Shown here: positions 16,835 to 25,413 of the stretch, piece after piece
How positions within the stretch are numbered: the first letter of the stretch is position 1
How the letters are laid out: every line of letters begins with the position of its first letter
DNA from: Clostridia bacterium
GTDB lineage: Bacteria > Bacillota > Clostridia > Oscillospirales > QAKW01
Length of the DNA stretch: 64,000 nt
Reading direction: 5' to 3'
Assembly: GCA_017560905.1 (NCBI GenBank)
Contig: JAFZEA010000002.1
Location: 19,497 to 83,496, forward strand
The notes under the pieces: generated by a model
Databases searched by the model: none
What the model saw: only the letters and a program-made list of their open reading frames with translations
Told to the model about the DNA's origin: nothing
Program-made: the position numbers and the translations under genes

Positions 16835-18007
16835 GTGCGCACCGTTTCCGCATTTTTTTTCAAAATCAAAGACCTGATATCCCAGATGGACGGAATGCTG
16901 GCGGCACTGGTCGCATTGTGCTGCGGCTACGGTCTGTTGCTGATCACCACAGCGACCCACAGCTTCGGCACGATCAAAAACGTCATCGTGCACGGCGGCG
17001 GTATTATGCTTGGAATCGTTGCCATTTTTGTCATCGTTATGGTGGACGTGGAAAATCTTTCCGCATTTTCAAAATTCCTATATCCGTTAGCGGTGGTTAT
17101 GATGATCGCCACACTGATATTGGGTACCGAGCGAATGGGTAACAAAAACTGGATCATTTTGGGTCCCGTCAGCATCCAACCCTCGGAGTTTGTAAAAATC
17201 ATATTCATCATTACCTTTGCCACCCATCTCAAAAAGGTGCAAAACTATATCAATCACCCCAAAGCGCTCTTTCCCCTGCTGCTCCACTTCGCTTTGTTGT
17301 TGGGACTGGTGCTGATGCAGGGCGATCTGGGTACGGCACTGGTTTATATCTTTATTTGTCTTATGATGCTGGTAGCAGCAGGACTGCACTGGCTGTACTT
17401 TACCGTGGGCGGTATCATTGGTGTGGCGGCACTCCCCTTTATTTTCGAATATCTGCTTAAAGATTATCAGAAACTGCGTATCCTTGCGGTATATGATCCC
17501 TCCATTGACCCGCTGGGTTACGGCTACCACACCCTGCAGAGTAAGATCACGCTCGGCAGCGGCGGCGTATCGGGCTACGGCCTGTTCCAAGGGGTGCAGA
17601 CACAGTACAGCATTTTGCCCGAAAAGCAAACCGACTTTATCTTTTCGGTCGCAGGAGAAGAATTGGGCTTTTTCGGTGTATCCATTATTATTTTGCTTCT
17701 GGTACTGCTCCTCATCCGCATTATGTACATCGCAAAAAATGCGACCGACAATTTCGGTTGCTACGTAACCATGGGTGTGGCCGCCATGTTCTTTTTCCAG
17801 GCGGCGGAAAACATCGGAATGTGCATCGGTCTTTTGCCTGTCATCGGCATCACCCTGCCCTTTTTCAGCTACGGAGGCTCCTCCATACTAACGTGTCTTA
17901 TGGGCATAGGGCTGGTAATGAGTGTTAATTCCAAACGCAAGATCACGGGTATTTTCCAAGGGCGCCATTCGGAAAGTCTGATCTATTCCACCTACCGTTC
18001 AAGATAG
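16835..18007 (+). CDS. FtsW/RodA/SpoVE-family peptidoglycan glycosyltransferase
   Basis: 390 aa, GTG start behind aaaaggaggg, about 10 TM helices, SEFVKI and LPFFSYGGSS motifs. Confidence 0.9.
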   Translation: MRTVSAFFFKIKDLISQMDGMLAALVALCCGYGLLLITTATHSFGTIKNVIVHGGGIMLGIVAIFVIVMVDVENLSAFSKFLYPLAVVMMIATLILGTERMGNKNWIILGPVSIQPSEFVKIIFIITFATHLKKVQNYINHPKALFPLLLHFALLLGLVLMQGDLGTALVYIFICLMMLVAAGLHWLYFTVGGIIGVAALPFIFEYLLKDYQKLRILAVYDPSIDPLGYGYHTLQSKITLGSGGVSGYGLFQGVQTQYSILPEKQTDFIFSVAGEELGFFGVSIIILLLVLLLIRIMYIAKNATDNFGCYVTMGVAAMFFFQAAENIGMCIGLLPVIGITLPFFSYGGSSILTCLMGIGLVMSVNSKRKITGIFQGRHSESLIYSTYRSR

Positions 18008-18036
18008 AAATCTTCCTAATATAAAGCATTTGAAAG

Positions 18037-18071
18037 CGGAGACACTTCATAAAGAAGTTGTCTCCGTTTTT
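18037..18071 (+). terminator. intrinsic terminator
   Basis: cggagacacttc / gaagttgtctccg followed by TTTTT. Confidence 0.7.
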
Positions 18072-18180
18072 GCTTGTTTTCAATTTTTAATCAGCGATTT
18101 TTTGACTGAATTTCCTATATCTACACACTTTATTTCTGCATCACACGGGTACAATAAAGTCAGAAAGGAGGTGTGAAAAA

Positions 18181-18366
18181 ATGAACAACAGAAACAACAA
18201 TCAGAACAGCTATTCCAACAATAGCTTCAACAACAATTCCAATAACAATTCTAACAACAATTCCAACAATCAGAACAACAATCAAAACAAGAATCAGAAT
18301 AGAAATCAGAACAAAAATTCTCTGAGCGATCTGAATAACAGAAAAAACGAGCAAAACTATCGCTAA
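18181..18366 (+). CDS. Asn/Gln-rich 61-codon ORF with strong RBS; probable frameshifted 5' part of spoIVB
   Basis: AAGGAGG lies 9 nt upstream of the ATG. The ORF overlaps the spoIVB frame (open from 18339) by 28 nt in the -1 relationship. Confidence 0.5.
   Translation: MNNRNNNQNSYSNNSFNNNSNNNSNNNSNNQNNNQNKNQNRNQNKNSLSDLNNRKNEQNYR
18184..18335 (+). repeat. degenerate 12-nt (4-codon) tandem repeat encoding the Asn-rich tract
   Basis: Consecutive units aacaacaattcc / aataacaattct / aacaacaattcc / aacaatcagaac / aacaatcaaaac / aagaatcagaat ... Confidence 0.7.
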
Positions 18367-18434
18367 AACTGTTTTTACAGGCGACGGCAATTATCCTGAT
18401 AGGACTGAGCTTATCTATCGGCATACTCTATCAG

Positions 18435-19571
18435 GTGCTGCCCTCGCAAATCACCGTATTCTCCGATGAAAAAATCGTATCGGACAGTAAGCTGTATACG
18501 CTGAGCGGAACCGAGGAAAATGACACCGTAATCGTCGGGCGATCTTCCTCGGGATATTCATCCGGAAAATATACGGCGAAATTCAAAATACTCGGTCTGC
18601 TTCCCATCAAAACGGTAACGATCGACGTTATCACCAAACAACAAATATCTCTGGGCGGTCAAACCTTCGGGGTGCGACTCTATACTCAGGGTGTGATGGT
18701 GGTGGGATGCGGAGACTTCCTGTCAGAAGGTAAAAGTATCAATCCGGCATACAAGGCGGGCATTCGTATCGGCGACCGGCTGATCTCTGCCGACGGCGTG
18801 CAGCTGACGTCCAACGAACAGTTGCAAGAGCTTGTGGCCGGACGCAGTAGTCCCATCGTGTTTGAGGTGGTACGGAAAAATCTCACTTTTACTGCCAGTG
18901 TCACTCCTATTATACCCGACGGAGAACACAAATACCGCCTCGGGTTATGGGTGCGTGACTCGACAGCAGGTCTGGGTACCGTCACCTATTATAACCATAC
19001 CACCGATACCGTAGGCGGACTGGGACATTCCATCGCCGATATCGATACCGGTGATTTGATGCCCTCAGCGGAGGGCTCGCTGGCCAAAGCTAAGATCACC
19101 GAGATCATCCCCGGCGAAAAAGGTACGGCGGGACAATTGGCAGGCTCATTTTTGAATGAAGATCTGGGCAAACTCATTGCCAACACCGATCAAGGCATAT
19201 TTGCAGAATGTACTCTCGAGGAATTTGAACGCTTGCCCACCGTAGAAATCGCCCTCAAAAATGAGGTAGAGATCGGTGCGGCGCAGATCTACACGCAACT
19301 GGATAACAAACAGCCCCGATACTATGATATCGAAATTGAAAAGATCCACAACAATCTGGAAGAAAACAAAAATATGGTCATTCGGGTAACCGACCCCGAA
19401 CTGCTTGAGCGTACCGGCGGCATCGTACAAGGTATGAGCGGCTCCCCTATCGTTCAAAACGGAAAGCTTATCGGCGCTGTGACCCACGTATTTCTCGATG
19501 ATCCCACCTGCGGATACGCCATCTTTATCGAAAAGATGCTGATAACGGAAAATGAACTGACACAAGAATAA
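18435..19571 (+). CDS. spoIVB: SpoIVB peptidase (S55), protease body; frame is open from 18339 and encodes the signal anchor upstream of the listed GTG
   Basis: PDZ region, GLGHSI and GMSGSPIV catalytic motifs. No RBS before GTG 18435. Confidence 0.85.
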   Translation: MLPSQITVFSDEKIVSDSKLYTLSGTEENDTVIVGRSSSGYSSGKYTAKFKILGLLPIKTVTIDVITKQQISLGGQTFGVRLYTQGVMVVGCGDFLSEGKSINPAYKAGIRIGDRLISADGVQLTSNEQLQELVAGRSSPIVFEVVRKNLTFTASVTPIIPDGEHKYRLGLWVRDSTAGLGTVTYYNHTTDTVGGLGHSIADIDTGDLMPSAEGSLAKAKITEIIPGEKGTAGQLAGSFLNEDLGKLIANTDQGIFAECTLEEFERLPTVEIALKNEVEIGAAQIYTQLDNKQPRYYDIEIEKIHNNLEENKNMVIRVTDPELLERTGGIVQGMSGSPIVQNGKLIGAVTHVFLDDPTCGYAIFIEKMLITENELTQE

Positions 19572-19577
19572 CCAAGT

Positions 19578-19618
19578 AAAAAAGATGTTTGCCACTATTT
19601 TGGGCAAACATCTTTTTT
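19578..19618. terminator. bidirectional intrinsic terminator
   Basis: aaaaagatgtttgcc / ggcaaacatcttttt. Confidence 0.8.
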
Positions 19619-19698
19619 AAAGCTTTATAAAAGATGAAAAAAGGAGGCGATGTCCTTTATCGACATATCATAGTATGTTTTAATTCCATAACATCATC

Positions 19699-20210
19699 CT
19701 ATTTTTCTTCAGCGTTTTGTGAGCGGTAATATGCAGGTGACACGCCGTAATGTTTTTTAAATTCCCGGGAAAAGTGGCAGGGTTCAAAATAACCGCACAT
19801 CAACGCAATTTCGCTGACACTGAATTGTCCGCTTTCCAGCAGACGCTTTGCGTGTTCCATTCTGAGCTTTATGATATACTCTTTGGGGCTGAGTGAAAAT
19901 TTGTCCATAAACAGCCGACGAAAGTATGCCTCACTGATGCCGCAAAGACGGGCCATATCTTTTACCGACAGGTCATTACTTGTAAAATCCCGATTGATCG
20001 TATCAACGGCAGGCTGTATAAGCAGTTCTTTACCGCTTGGCATATAGGTGCGCTGCTGTTCTTTTTGAATCTTAATGATAATATCATAAATATTTTTTCT
20101 TATAACTATATCTGTTTTTTCATTCCAGGCGGCAAGGGCATCCTTGAAATTCTTTAAAACAGATTCGTGGTTTCTGAATTTTATATCAAACGGCTTTTCG
20201 TCCGTTTCAA
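19699..20210 (-). pseudogene. 5'-truncated AraC-family regulator (C-terminal HTH part only)
   Basis: The frame is open without a start back to the intron fragment. The HTH_AraC region (GISEAYFRRLF...FSREFKKHYGVSP) is intact and the sensor domain is missing. Confidence 0.7.
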
Positions 20211-20371
20211 GTATGCCTTATATGCAGTTTCTGTTCGTCAGACCGAGGTTTTGCCTCCGACTTCCTTCAGACTCCACCTCACGATGGACACCCTTGTCTT
20301 TGGCTAACAGTTCCTACTGCCAAGCCTGTAGCGGACTTTCACCGCCAAGTTATAACGCGTGCCGAGCGCAC
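20211..20371 (-). mobile_element. group II intron (class C-like) 5' fragment, domain I only
   Basis: The minus strand reads GTGCGCTCGGCACGCG...GGTGAAAGTCCG...GTTAGCCAAAGACAAGGGTGTCC...GTCTGAAGGAAGTCGGAGGCAAA...GGTCTGACGAACAGAAACTGCATATAAGGC. From memory this closely parallels the Oceanobacillus iheyensis IIC intron. It starts 6 nt after a terminator hairpin. Confidence 0.75.
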
Positions 20372-20376
20372 AGTAT

Positions 20377-20406
20377 AAGAAGGACTACCGCATTGGCAGT
20401 CCTTCT
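20377..20406 (-). terminator. terminator hairpin of the AraC gene (intron insertion target)
   Basis: gaaggact / agtccttc stem, then TTATACT and the intron 5' GTGCG. Confidence 0.6.
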
Positions 20407-20409
20407 CTA

Positions 20410-21204
20410 TTAGCGAAATGTTGAGGGGGCGGCGTGATAATAGGCTTTAAATTCGCGGTTAAAATGAGTCTGTGTCTCGTAGCCGCAATTGGATGCGATC
20501 TCGGTGATAGACAGATCGGTAAATCGAACAAGCTTCATCCCATAGTTTAGTTTGAGCTTTCGAACATAGTCCTTATAACTGACCCCTACACTTTTCTTAA
20601 AGAGTCTGCAAAAGTAATTGGGATCGTAAGAGTACATTTGCGCAACCTTGGCCATGGGTGGATTTTCTCTAAAATGGGAATTCAGATACATAACAGCATG
20701 CTGGATGTTGCTCGATCCGTAATGGGATGTAGAAGACGGCTTGCAATTATTCAGAAACATGATAATCAAGCACTCCAGGATCTTTCTGTCATAATCCTTG
20801 GCCTGGCGGGTTCCTTTCAGGGTGCCAAGCAGTTGACATAGAGATTCTATATTTGCAAGCGTTGGCTCATCCACATAGATGACCTGGGTGTGCTGCATCA
20901 TGAATTGATTGAGCAATTCCGGGCTGATACTGCCTTCTTTAAACTGGATGTTAATGAGGTTCATTTGTTCGCAATGCCGGTATTCGTGAAAATCCATCGG
21001 CGACATAAAGCATACCATGCCGCGCATAATGGGAAATTCCACGCCATTGCAGAACATAGCGCCGCTGCCTTGTTGGACGATATCAAACTCAAAGCAGTCA
21101 TGCCAGTGAAGAGAAATATTGGCAAGGGTATCTCCATGCTTTTTATATTCTTTTGTGAACTGGCTCCCATCGGTGATCTGGGAGGCTACCATACGTGTTT
21201 TCAT
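20410..21204 (-). CDS. AraC-family transcriptional regulator (cupin sensor + HTH)
   Basis: 264 aa. N-terminal cupin-like HWHDCFEF, C-terminal double HTH (...TQTHFNREFKAYY). Confidence 0.85.
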   Translation of the reverse strand: MKTRMVASQITDGSQFTKEYKKHGDTLANISLHWHDCFEFDIVQQGSGAMFCNGVEFPIMRGMVCFMSPMDFHEYRHCEQMNLINIQFKEGSISPELLNQFMMQHTQVIYVDEPTLANIESLCQLLGTLKGTRQAKDYDRKILECLIIMFLNNCKPSSTSHYGSSNIQHAVMYLNSHFRENPPMAKVAQMYSYDPNYFCRLFKKSVGVSYKDYVRKLKLNYGMKLVRFTDLSITEIASNCGYETQTHFNREFKAYYHAAPSTFR

Positions 21205-21231
21205 ATTATAACTATAGCAATAATAAAGATA

Positions 21232-21264
21232 AAAGTCAAATCACGCATAACAATAAAGTCAAAT
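21232..21264. promoter_or_regulatory. direct repeat aaagtcaaat x2 (23-bp register), candidate AraC operator
   Basis: Copies at 21232..21241 and 21255..21264, in the divergent AraC / pgm-manA intergenic region. Confidence 0.3.
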
Positions 21265-21338
21265 TTCGCAAATGAAAGGTGTATTTTGGTAAAGAAGATG
21301 AGCCACATATTTTGTAGAATAAACATGAGGTGAATTCT

Positions 21339-22964
21339 ATGCAAGAAAAAATCCGGCATTGGCTGCAAAATGCAGATTCGCGAACAATTGCTGAATTGCA
21401 GAATTTGAGCGAATGCGAACGGTATGACCGTTTTTATAAGAATATTGAATTTGGCACCGGCGGTATGCGTGGACTGATCGGTGCCGGCACCAATCGGATT
21501 AACCGGTATACGATAGCAAAAGCAACTGCCGGATATGCGGCACATATCAAAGAATGTGGCGCAAGTCAACGCGGTATTGTTGTTGCTTATGATAATCGTA
21601 GGTGCAGTCGGTTGTTTGCCGAAGTCACGGTCGGCGTGCTTGCGGCACAAGGGATAAAAAGTTACTTATTTGAAGATCTGCGAACGACACCGGAATTGTC
21701 CTTTGCCGTCCGCGAGTTGGGTGCTTTTGGCGGGGTGGTGATAACGGCGTCGCATAACCCTCCCGAATATAACGGCTATAAACTTTATGACGAAACAGGG
21801 TGTCAGCTTGTTCCGTCGGCCGTTGCGCCGATCCTTACCCATATCGAGCAGATCAATGATGCGTTGACAGTACCGGTTCTGACATTGGCAGAGGCCGGTG
21901 AGCTTGTGGAAATTGTCGGGGCTGAGATCGATGCGGCCTATTATGATCGGGTGCTATCCCTACAATTTGATCCAGGTATCCCCAAGGACATCAGAGTTGT
22001 TTATTCGCCGCAACACGGCACCGGAAATGTTCCGGTTCGGCATGTGTTAAAGGCAGCGGGTTTTCATGTAACTCCGGTAGAGATGCAGTGCATGCCTGAT
22101 CCGGACTTCTCCCACACGAAAAATCCAAATCCGGAAATGCCGGAGGCCTATGAGGCGGCCATCGAGCAGATGAAGCAGATGGGTGCCGATCTGGCGATTG
22201 CCACCGATCCGGACTGTGATCGGCTTGGGGTTGTTGTTCATGCGAATGATCGTGCTGAGCTATTGAGCGGCAATCAATCCGGAGCTATCCTGTTTTATTA
22301 CCTCCTTCAACGGAGAAAAGAGCGGGGGACTCTGCCGCAAAACGGCGTTATGTTTACCACGGTCGTTACCTCAAATCTGGGAGATAAAATAGCCGCCGAT
22401 TTTGGCGTAAGTGTTGAAAAGACCTTGACCGGGTTCAAGTTCATTGGAGAGAAAATCCGTCAACACGAGATGGCGGGAGATAAGACATTTCTCTTTGGCT
22501 ATGAAGAAAGCTACGGTTGTTTGATCGGTGATTTTGTTCGGGATAAGGATGCGGTGCAGGCTGCATTGATGCTCTGTGAAGCGGCAGACTATTATAAAAA
22601 ACAAGGAAAAACGCTGCTGGATGTATTGAATGAGATTTACGACAGGTACGGCGTTTATACCGATCATCTCTCCTCGGTAACGTTGAAAGGAGAAAGCGGT
22701 GCCGAAAGAATCGCCGCGATCATGGCTGATTTGCGTGCGCATCCGGTCAAAGAGATCGCCGGATTGCGGATACGGGAGATCATTGACTTCAAAGAGCCGC
22801 CGCAGGGATTTCCGGTTTCGGATGTTCTGCTATATCGGTTTGAAAACGGCAGTTTTGTTGCTGTTCGCCCAAGCGGTACGGAGCCGAAATGCAAGTTTTA
22901 TTATTGTGTTTGCGGAGAGGGGCTGGATGCGCTCAAAGAGTATTTTGGGGGTGTCTGCCGATGA
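21339..22964 (+). CDS. phospho-sugar mutase (phosphoglucomutase/phosphomannomutase family)
   Basis: 541 aa, active-site TASHNPPEYNGYK, RBS GAGGTG 6 nt before ATG 21339. Confidence 0.9.
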   Translation: MQEKIRHWLQNADSRTIAELQNLSECERYDRFYKNIEFGTGGMRGLIGAGTNRINRYTIAKATAGYAAHIKECGASQRGIVVAYDNRRCSRLFAEVTVGVLAAQGIKSYLFEDLRTTPELSFAVRELGAFGGVVITASHNPPEYNGYKLYDETGCQLVPSAVAPILTHIEQINDALTVPVLTLAEAGELVEIVGAEIDAAYYDRVLSLQFDPGIPKDIRVVYSPQHGTGNVPVRHVLKAAGFHVTPVEMQCMPDPDFSHTKNPNPEMPEAYEAAIEQMKQMGADLAIATDPDCDRLGVVVHANDRAELLSGNQSGAILFYYLLQRRKERGTLPQNGVMFTTVVTSNLGDKIAADFGVSVEKTLTGFKFIGEKIRQHEMAGDKTFLFGYEESYGCLIGDFVRDKDAVQAALMLCEAADYYKKQGKTLLDVLNEIYDRYGVYTDHLSSVTLKGESGAERIAAIMADLRAHPVKEIAGLRIREIIDFKEPPQGFPVSDVLLYRFENGSFVAVRPSGTEPKCKFYYCVCGEGLDALKEYFGGVCR

Positions 22965-23821
22965 AACCGAAGATGTTGCAACCGATCCTAAAGGATTATC
23001 TTTGGGGCGGTACGCGCTTAAAAGAGGAATATGGGTTTGTAACCGATAAATCGATTGCGGCAGAGGCATGGATGTTATCCAGTCATCGGGATGGCAGAAA
23101 TCTGGAAGAGGATGTGCCGATCCTGATTAAGTTGATCGATGCAAGAGATAAGCTGTCGGTGCAGGTGCATCCGGACAACGACTATGCCTTGCGCGTTGAA
23201 GGCGAGCCAGGGAAGACCGAGATGTGGTATATCGTCGATCATGAGCCGGGAGCGCAGCTTATTTACGGTTTCAAAAGAAAGTTATCCAGAGAAGAGTTTG
23301 AATGCCGGATACGGGATAATACCCTGGATGAGGTTATGAACTACGTGCCGGTGCACAAGGGGGATGTGTTTTTTATCCCCGCCGGAACGCTTCACGCCAT
23401 TGGCGCCGGCATCTTGATCGCCGAGATTCAGCAAAATTCCAATACAACCTATCGCGTATCCGATTACGGCCGGCTGGGCGCTGATGGCAAGCCGCGTCCA
23501 TTACACGTCGAGAAGGCACTCGACGTCACAAAAACAGAACCGCCCACCGTTCCTTATGGACAGATCGGTAATACGATCAATTATCCGTTCGGCACGGTGC
23601 GTCAGTTGGCCAACTGTGAGTATTTTACGGTAGACCACATAACATTGCACGGTCTATACCAACCGCAAACGGAAAATTTTGTTCATCTGCTTGTTCTTGA
23701 CGGCGAGATCACTGTTGGGGATATTAAGGCTGCCAAGGGTGGAAGTATTTATATTCCAGCCGGCTTTTCTGTAAGTATAGCAGGCCATGCTCAACTGCTC
23801 TGCAGTACCCAAAAATCATAA
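22961..23821 (+). CDS. manA: mannose-6-phosphate isomerase, class I
   Basis: The start MKPKMLQPILKDYLWGG overlaps the pgm stop (ATGA). Motifs LSVQVHPD and KTEMWY. Confidence 0.88.
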   Translation: MKPKMLQPILKDYLWGGTRLKEEYGFVTDKSIAAEAWMLSSHRDGRNLEEDVPILIKLIDARDKLSVQVHPDNDYALRVEGEPGKTEMWYIVDHEPGAQLIYGFKRKLSREEFECRIRDNTLDEVMNYVPVHKGDVFFIPAGTLHAIGAGILIAEIQQNSNTTYRVSDYGRLGADGKPRPLHVEKALDVTKTEPPTVPYGQIGNTINYPFGTVRQLANCEYFTVDHITLHGLYQPQTENFVHLLVLDGEITVGDIKAAKGGSIYIPAGFSVSIAGHAQLLCSTQKS

Positions 23822-23971
23822 GAAACAGTGGTGGTCTCCCCCACGTACAGTGTGGCGACGATGCCCGTGGCAACGCTGAGCGGCGTACTGGTCTTTAAAG
23901 AAAGGCTCAGCAAAATACAATGGATCGCATTTATAGCCATCATAGCGGCACTGGTTTTACTGAACATATAA
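23822..23971 (+). pseudogene. C-terminal fragment of a DMT/EamA-type transporter
   Basis: A start-less frame encodes ...LSGVLVFKERLSKIQWIAFIAIIAALVLLNI*, paralogous to the C-terminus of the 24140..24988 product (...IYKEKLSVMQYIGALLGLASIILLNI*). Confidence 0.65.
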
Positions 23972-23986
23972 AAATATCCACCCATG

Positions 23987-24020
23987 AGGCACACTTTGTA
24001 AGGAGGTGTGCCTCAGTTTT
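23987..24020 (+). terminator. intrinsic terminator
   Basis: gaggcacac / gtgtgcctc followed by aGTTTT. Confidence 0.65.
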
Positions 24021-24139
24021 ATTGGTGCCTTTAGGCGTGGAAATAAATAATAGTGCAAGTAAGTCCGACTACGGAACACTTGCACTATTAAAGTATATAT
24101 GCTAATATGTGTATACTAAAGAAAAGGAAGTTTCTTGTG

Positions 24140-24988
24140 ATGAATGTATTAATGCTCCTTTGCGTCATTATGTGCTTGTCGTGGCAAAATATCAGCCGAA
24201 AGGCCTACAACCAAAAGGTCATAAACGGTGCTTTCAGTTTTAATCTCATCAGCATTTTGTCGGCAGCCTTATTTTTCGCTTTGCTCAGTATACCCAAATT
24301 TTCTTTTTCAAAAGATTTTATAATCTATGCTGTGCTGTTTGCACTGTCCTACGGTATGGCTATGATATTCTCATTTTTGGCCATTGCCGAGGGATCACTG
24401 GCGCTTACCGCCCTGATCGTTTCCTATTCTTTGATTTTGCCCTCGCTCTACGGTATTCTTTTTCTGAATGAAAGTATATCTCTTTTTTTGATCTTGGGTC
24501 TGTGCCTGCTGATCATATCCTTACTGCTCATCAACATCAACCGTAATACAGCAACAAAAATCACGCTCAAGTGGTTGATATTCGTTGTTCTGGCCTTTTT
24601 GGGCAACGGTCTTTGCTCGATATTTCAAAAAATGCAGCAAGTCCACTGTGACGGCTTATACAAAAATGAGTTTATGCTGTTGTCGCTGACCATATCCGCC
24701 GCCATTATGCTGCCGGCCGTACTGATAAAAAAAGAAAAATTCGCCACACATTTCAAACGTAGCGGTGGGTACGCCATTCTGTGCGGACTGGCCAACGGCA
24801 TTGTCAATTTGTTCGTACTCATTCTTTCCGGTCGTATGTCCGTGTCGGTCATGTTTCCCATCGTTTCCGCAGGCGGCATCATACTATCCTTTATCGTTTC
24901 GCTGTTGATCTACAAAGAAAAACTCTCTGTTATGCAATACATAGGCGCCCTTTTGGGACTTGCCTCCATCATTTTGCTGAATATATAA
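24140..24988 (+). CDS. DMT-superfamily (EamA-like) transporter
   Basis: About 10 TM helices. ATG 24140 lies behind aaggaag; the ORF-track ATG 24107 lacks an RBS. Confidence 0.75.
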   Translation: MNVLMLLCVIMCLSWQNISRKAYNQKVINGAFSFNLISILSAALFFALLSIPKFSFSKDFIIYAVLFALSYGMAMIFSFLAIAEGSLALTALIVSYSLILPSLYGILFLNESISLFLILGLCLLIISLLLININRNTATKITLKWLIFVVLAFLGNGLCSIFQKMQQVHCDGLYKNEFMLLSLTISAAIMLPAVLIKKEKFATHFKRSGGYAILCGLANGIVNLFVLILSGRMSVSVMFPIVSAGGIILSFIVSLLIYKEKLSVMQYIGALLGLASIILLNI

Positions 24989-25044
24989 ATTTTACTTGTA
25001 TCCTCTCTGAAAATTTGGTATGATAAATACAAGGGAGTGATCAA

Positions 25045-25383
25045 ATGAATATTTTAGAACAGATCATAGAAGCAGTATTACCTTATATCATTGCCGTACT
25101 GGAGATGATGGGCATACTGGTGGTCGCATGGAGTGCACTGAGCGCTTTTTGGGAATATATTCAAAACAGTTTTATGCACAAAAAACTGGATATACAGTTT
25201 CATCTGGCAAACGGGCTGGCAACCGCACTGGAATTTAAGATGGCAGCAGAGATCCTCAAGACCGTATTGGTCAGAGATCTAAAAGAGCTGTTGGTGCTGG
25301 GCGCGGTCATACTGCTCAGAGCCCTACTCAGCGTTCTCATTCACTTTGAAATGAAGCACGCCGAAAACGATGATGAAGACTAA
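25045..25383 (+). CDS. DUF1622-family membrane protein
   Basis: 112 aa, pattern ...VLEMMGILVVAWSALSAFWEYI...ALEFKMAAEILKT. Confidence 0.7.
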   Translation: MNILEQIIEAVLPYIIAVLEMMGILVVAWSALSAFWEYIQNSFMHKKLDIQFHLANGLATALEFKMAAEILKTVLVRDLKELLVLGAVILLRALLSVLIHFEMKHAENDDED

Positions 25384-25412
25384 AAACCGCCGACTTTGAA
25401 GTCGGCGGTTTT
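25383..25412. terminator. bidirectional intrinsic terminator
   Basis: aaaaccgccgac / gtcggcggtttt. Confidence 0.85.
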
Positions 25413-25413
25413 A

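Noticed and set aside
18160-18390. A 76-aa hydrophobic Ile/Val-rich ORF on the minus strand.
   Set aside because: It is the mirror image of the AAC/AAT-rich Asn repeat and has no RBS. It is an artefact of low-complexity DNA.
20144-20413. An 89-aa + strand ORF spanning the AraC intergenic region.
   Set aside because: It runs antisense through the group II intron fragment and the terminator, and has no RBS or family resemblance.
22889-22960. Longer N-terminal extensions suggested by the ORF track. These affect manA (22889), hrcA (30649), clpB (58263), galT (12183), dnaG (51569), xpt (33669), folT (8552) and nif3 (43750).
   Set aside because: The extensions lack an RBS and overlap upstream genes, operators (CIRCE) or the riboswitch. 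Internal starts with good Shine-Dalgarno sequences reproduce the canonical family N-termini.
24049-24089. An 11-12-bp hairpin (aatagtgcaagt / acttgcactatt, 17-nt loop) upstream of the DMT transporter gene, as a possible regulatory RNA.
   Set aside because: It is an isolated stem with no conserved motif I recognise and no T-run. There is insufficient evidence for any call.
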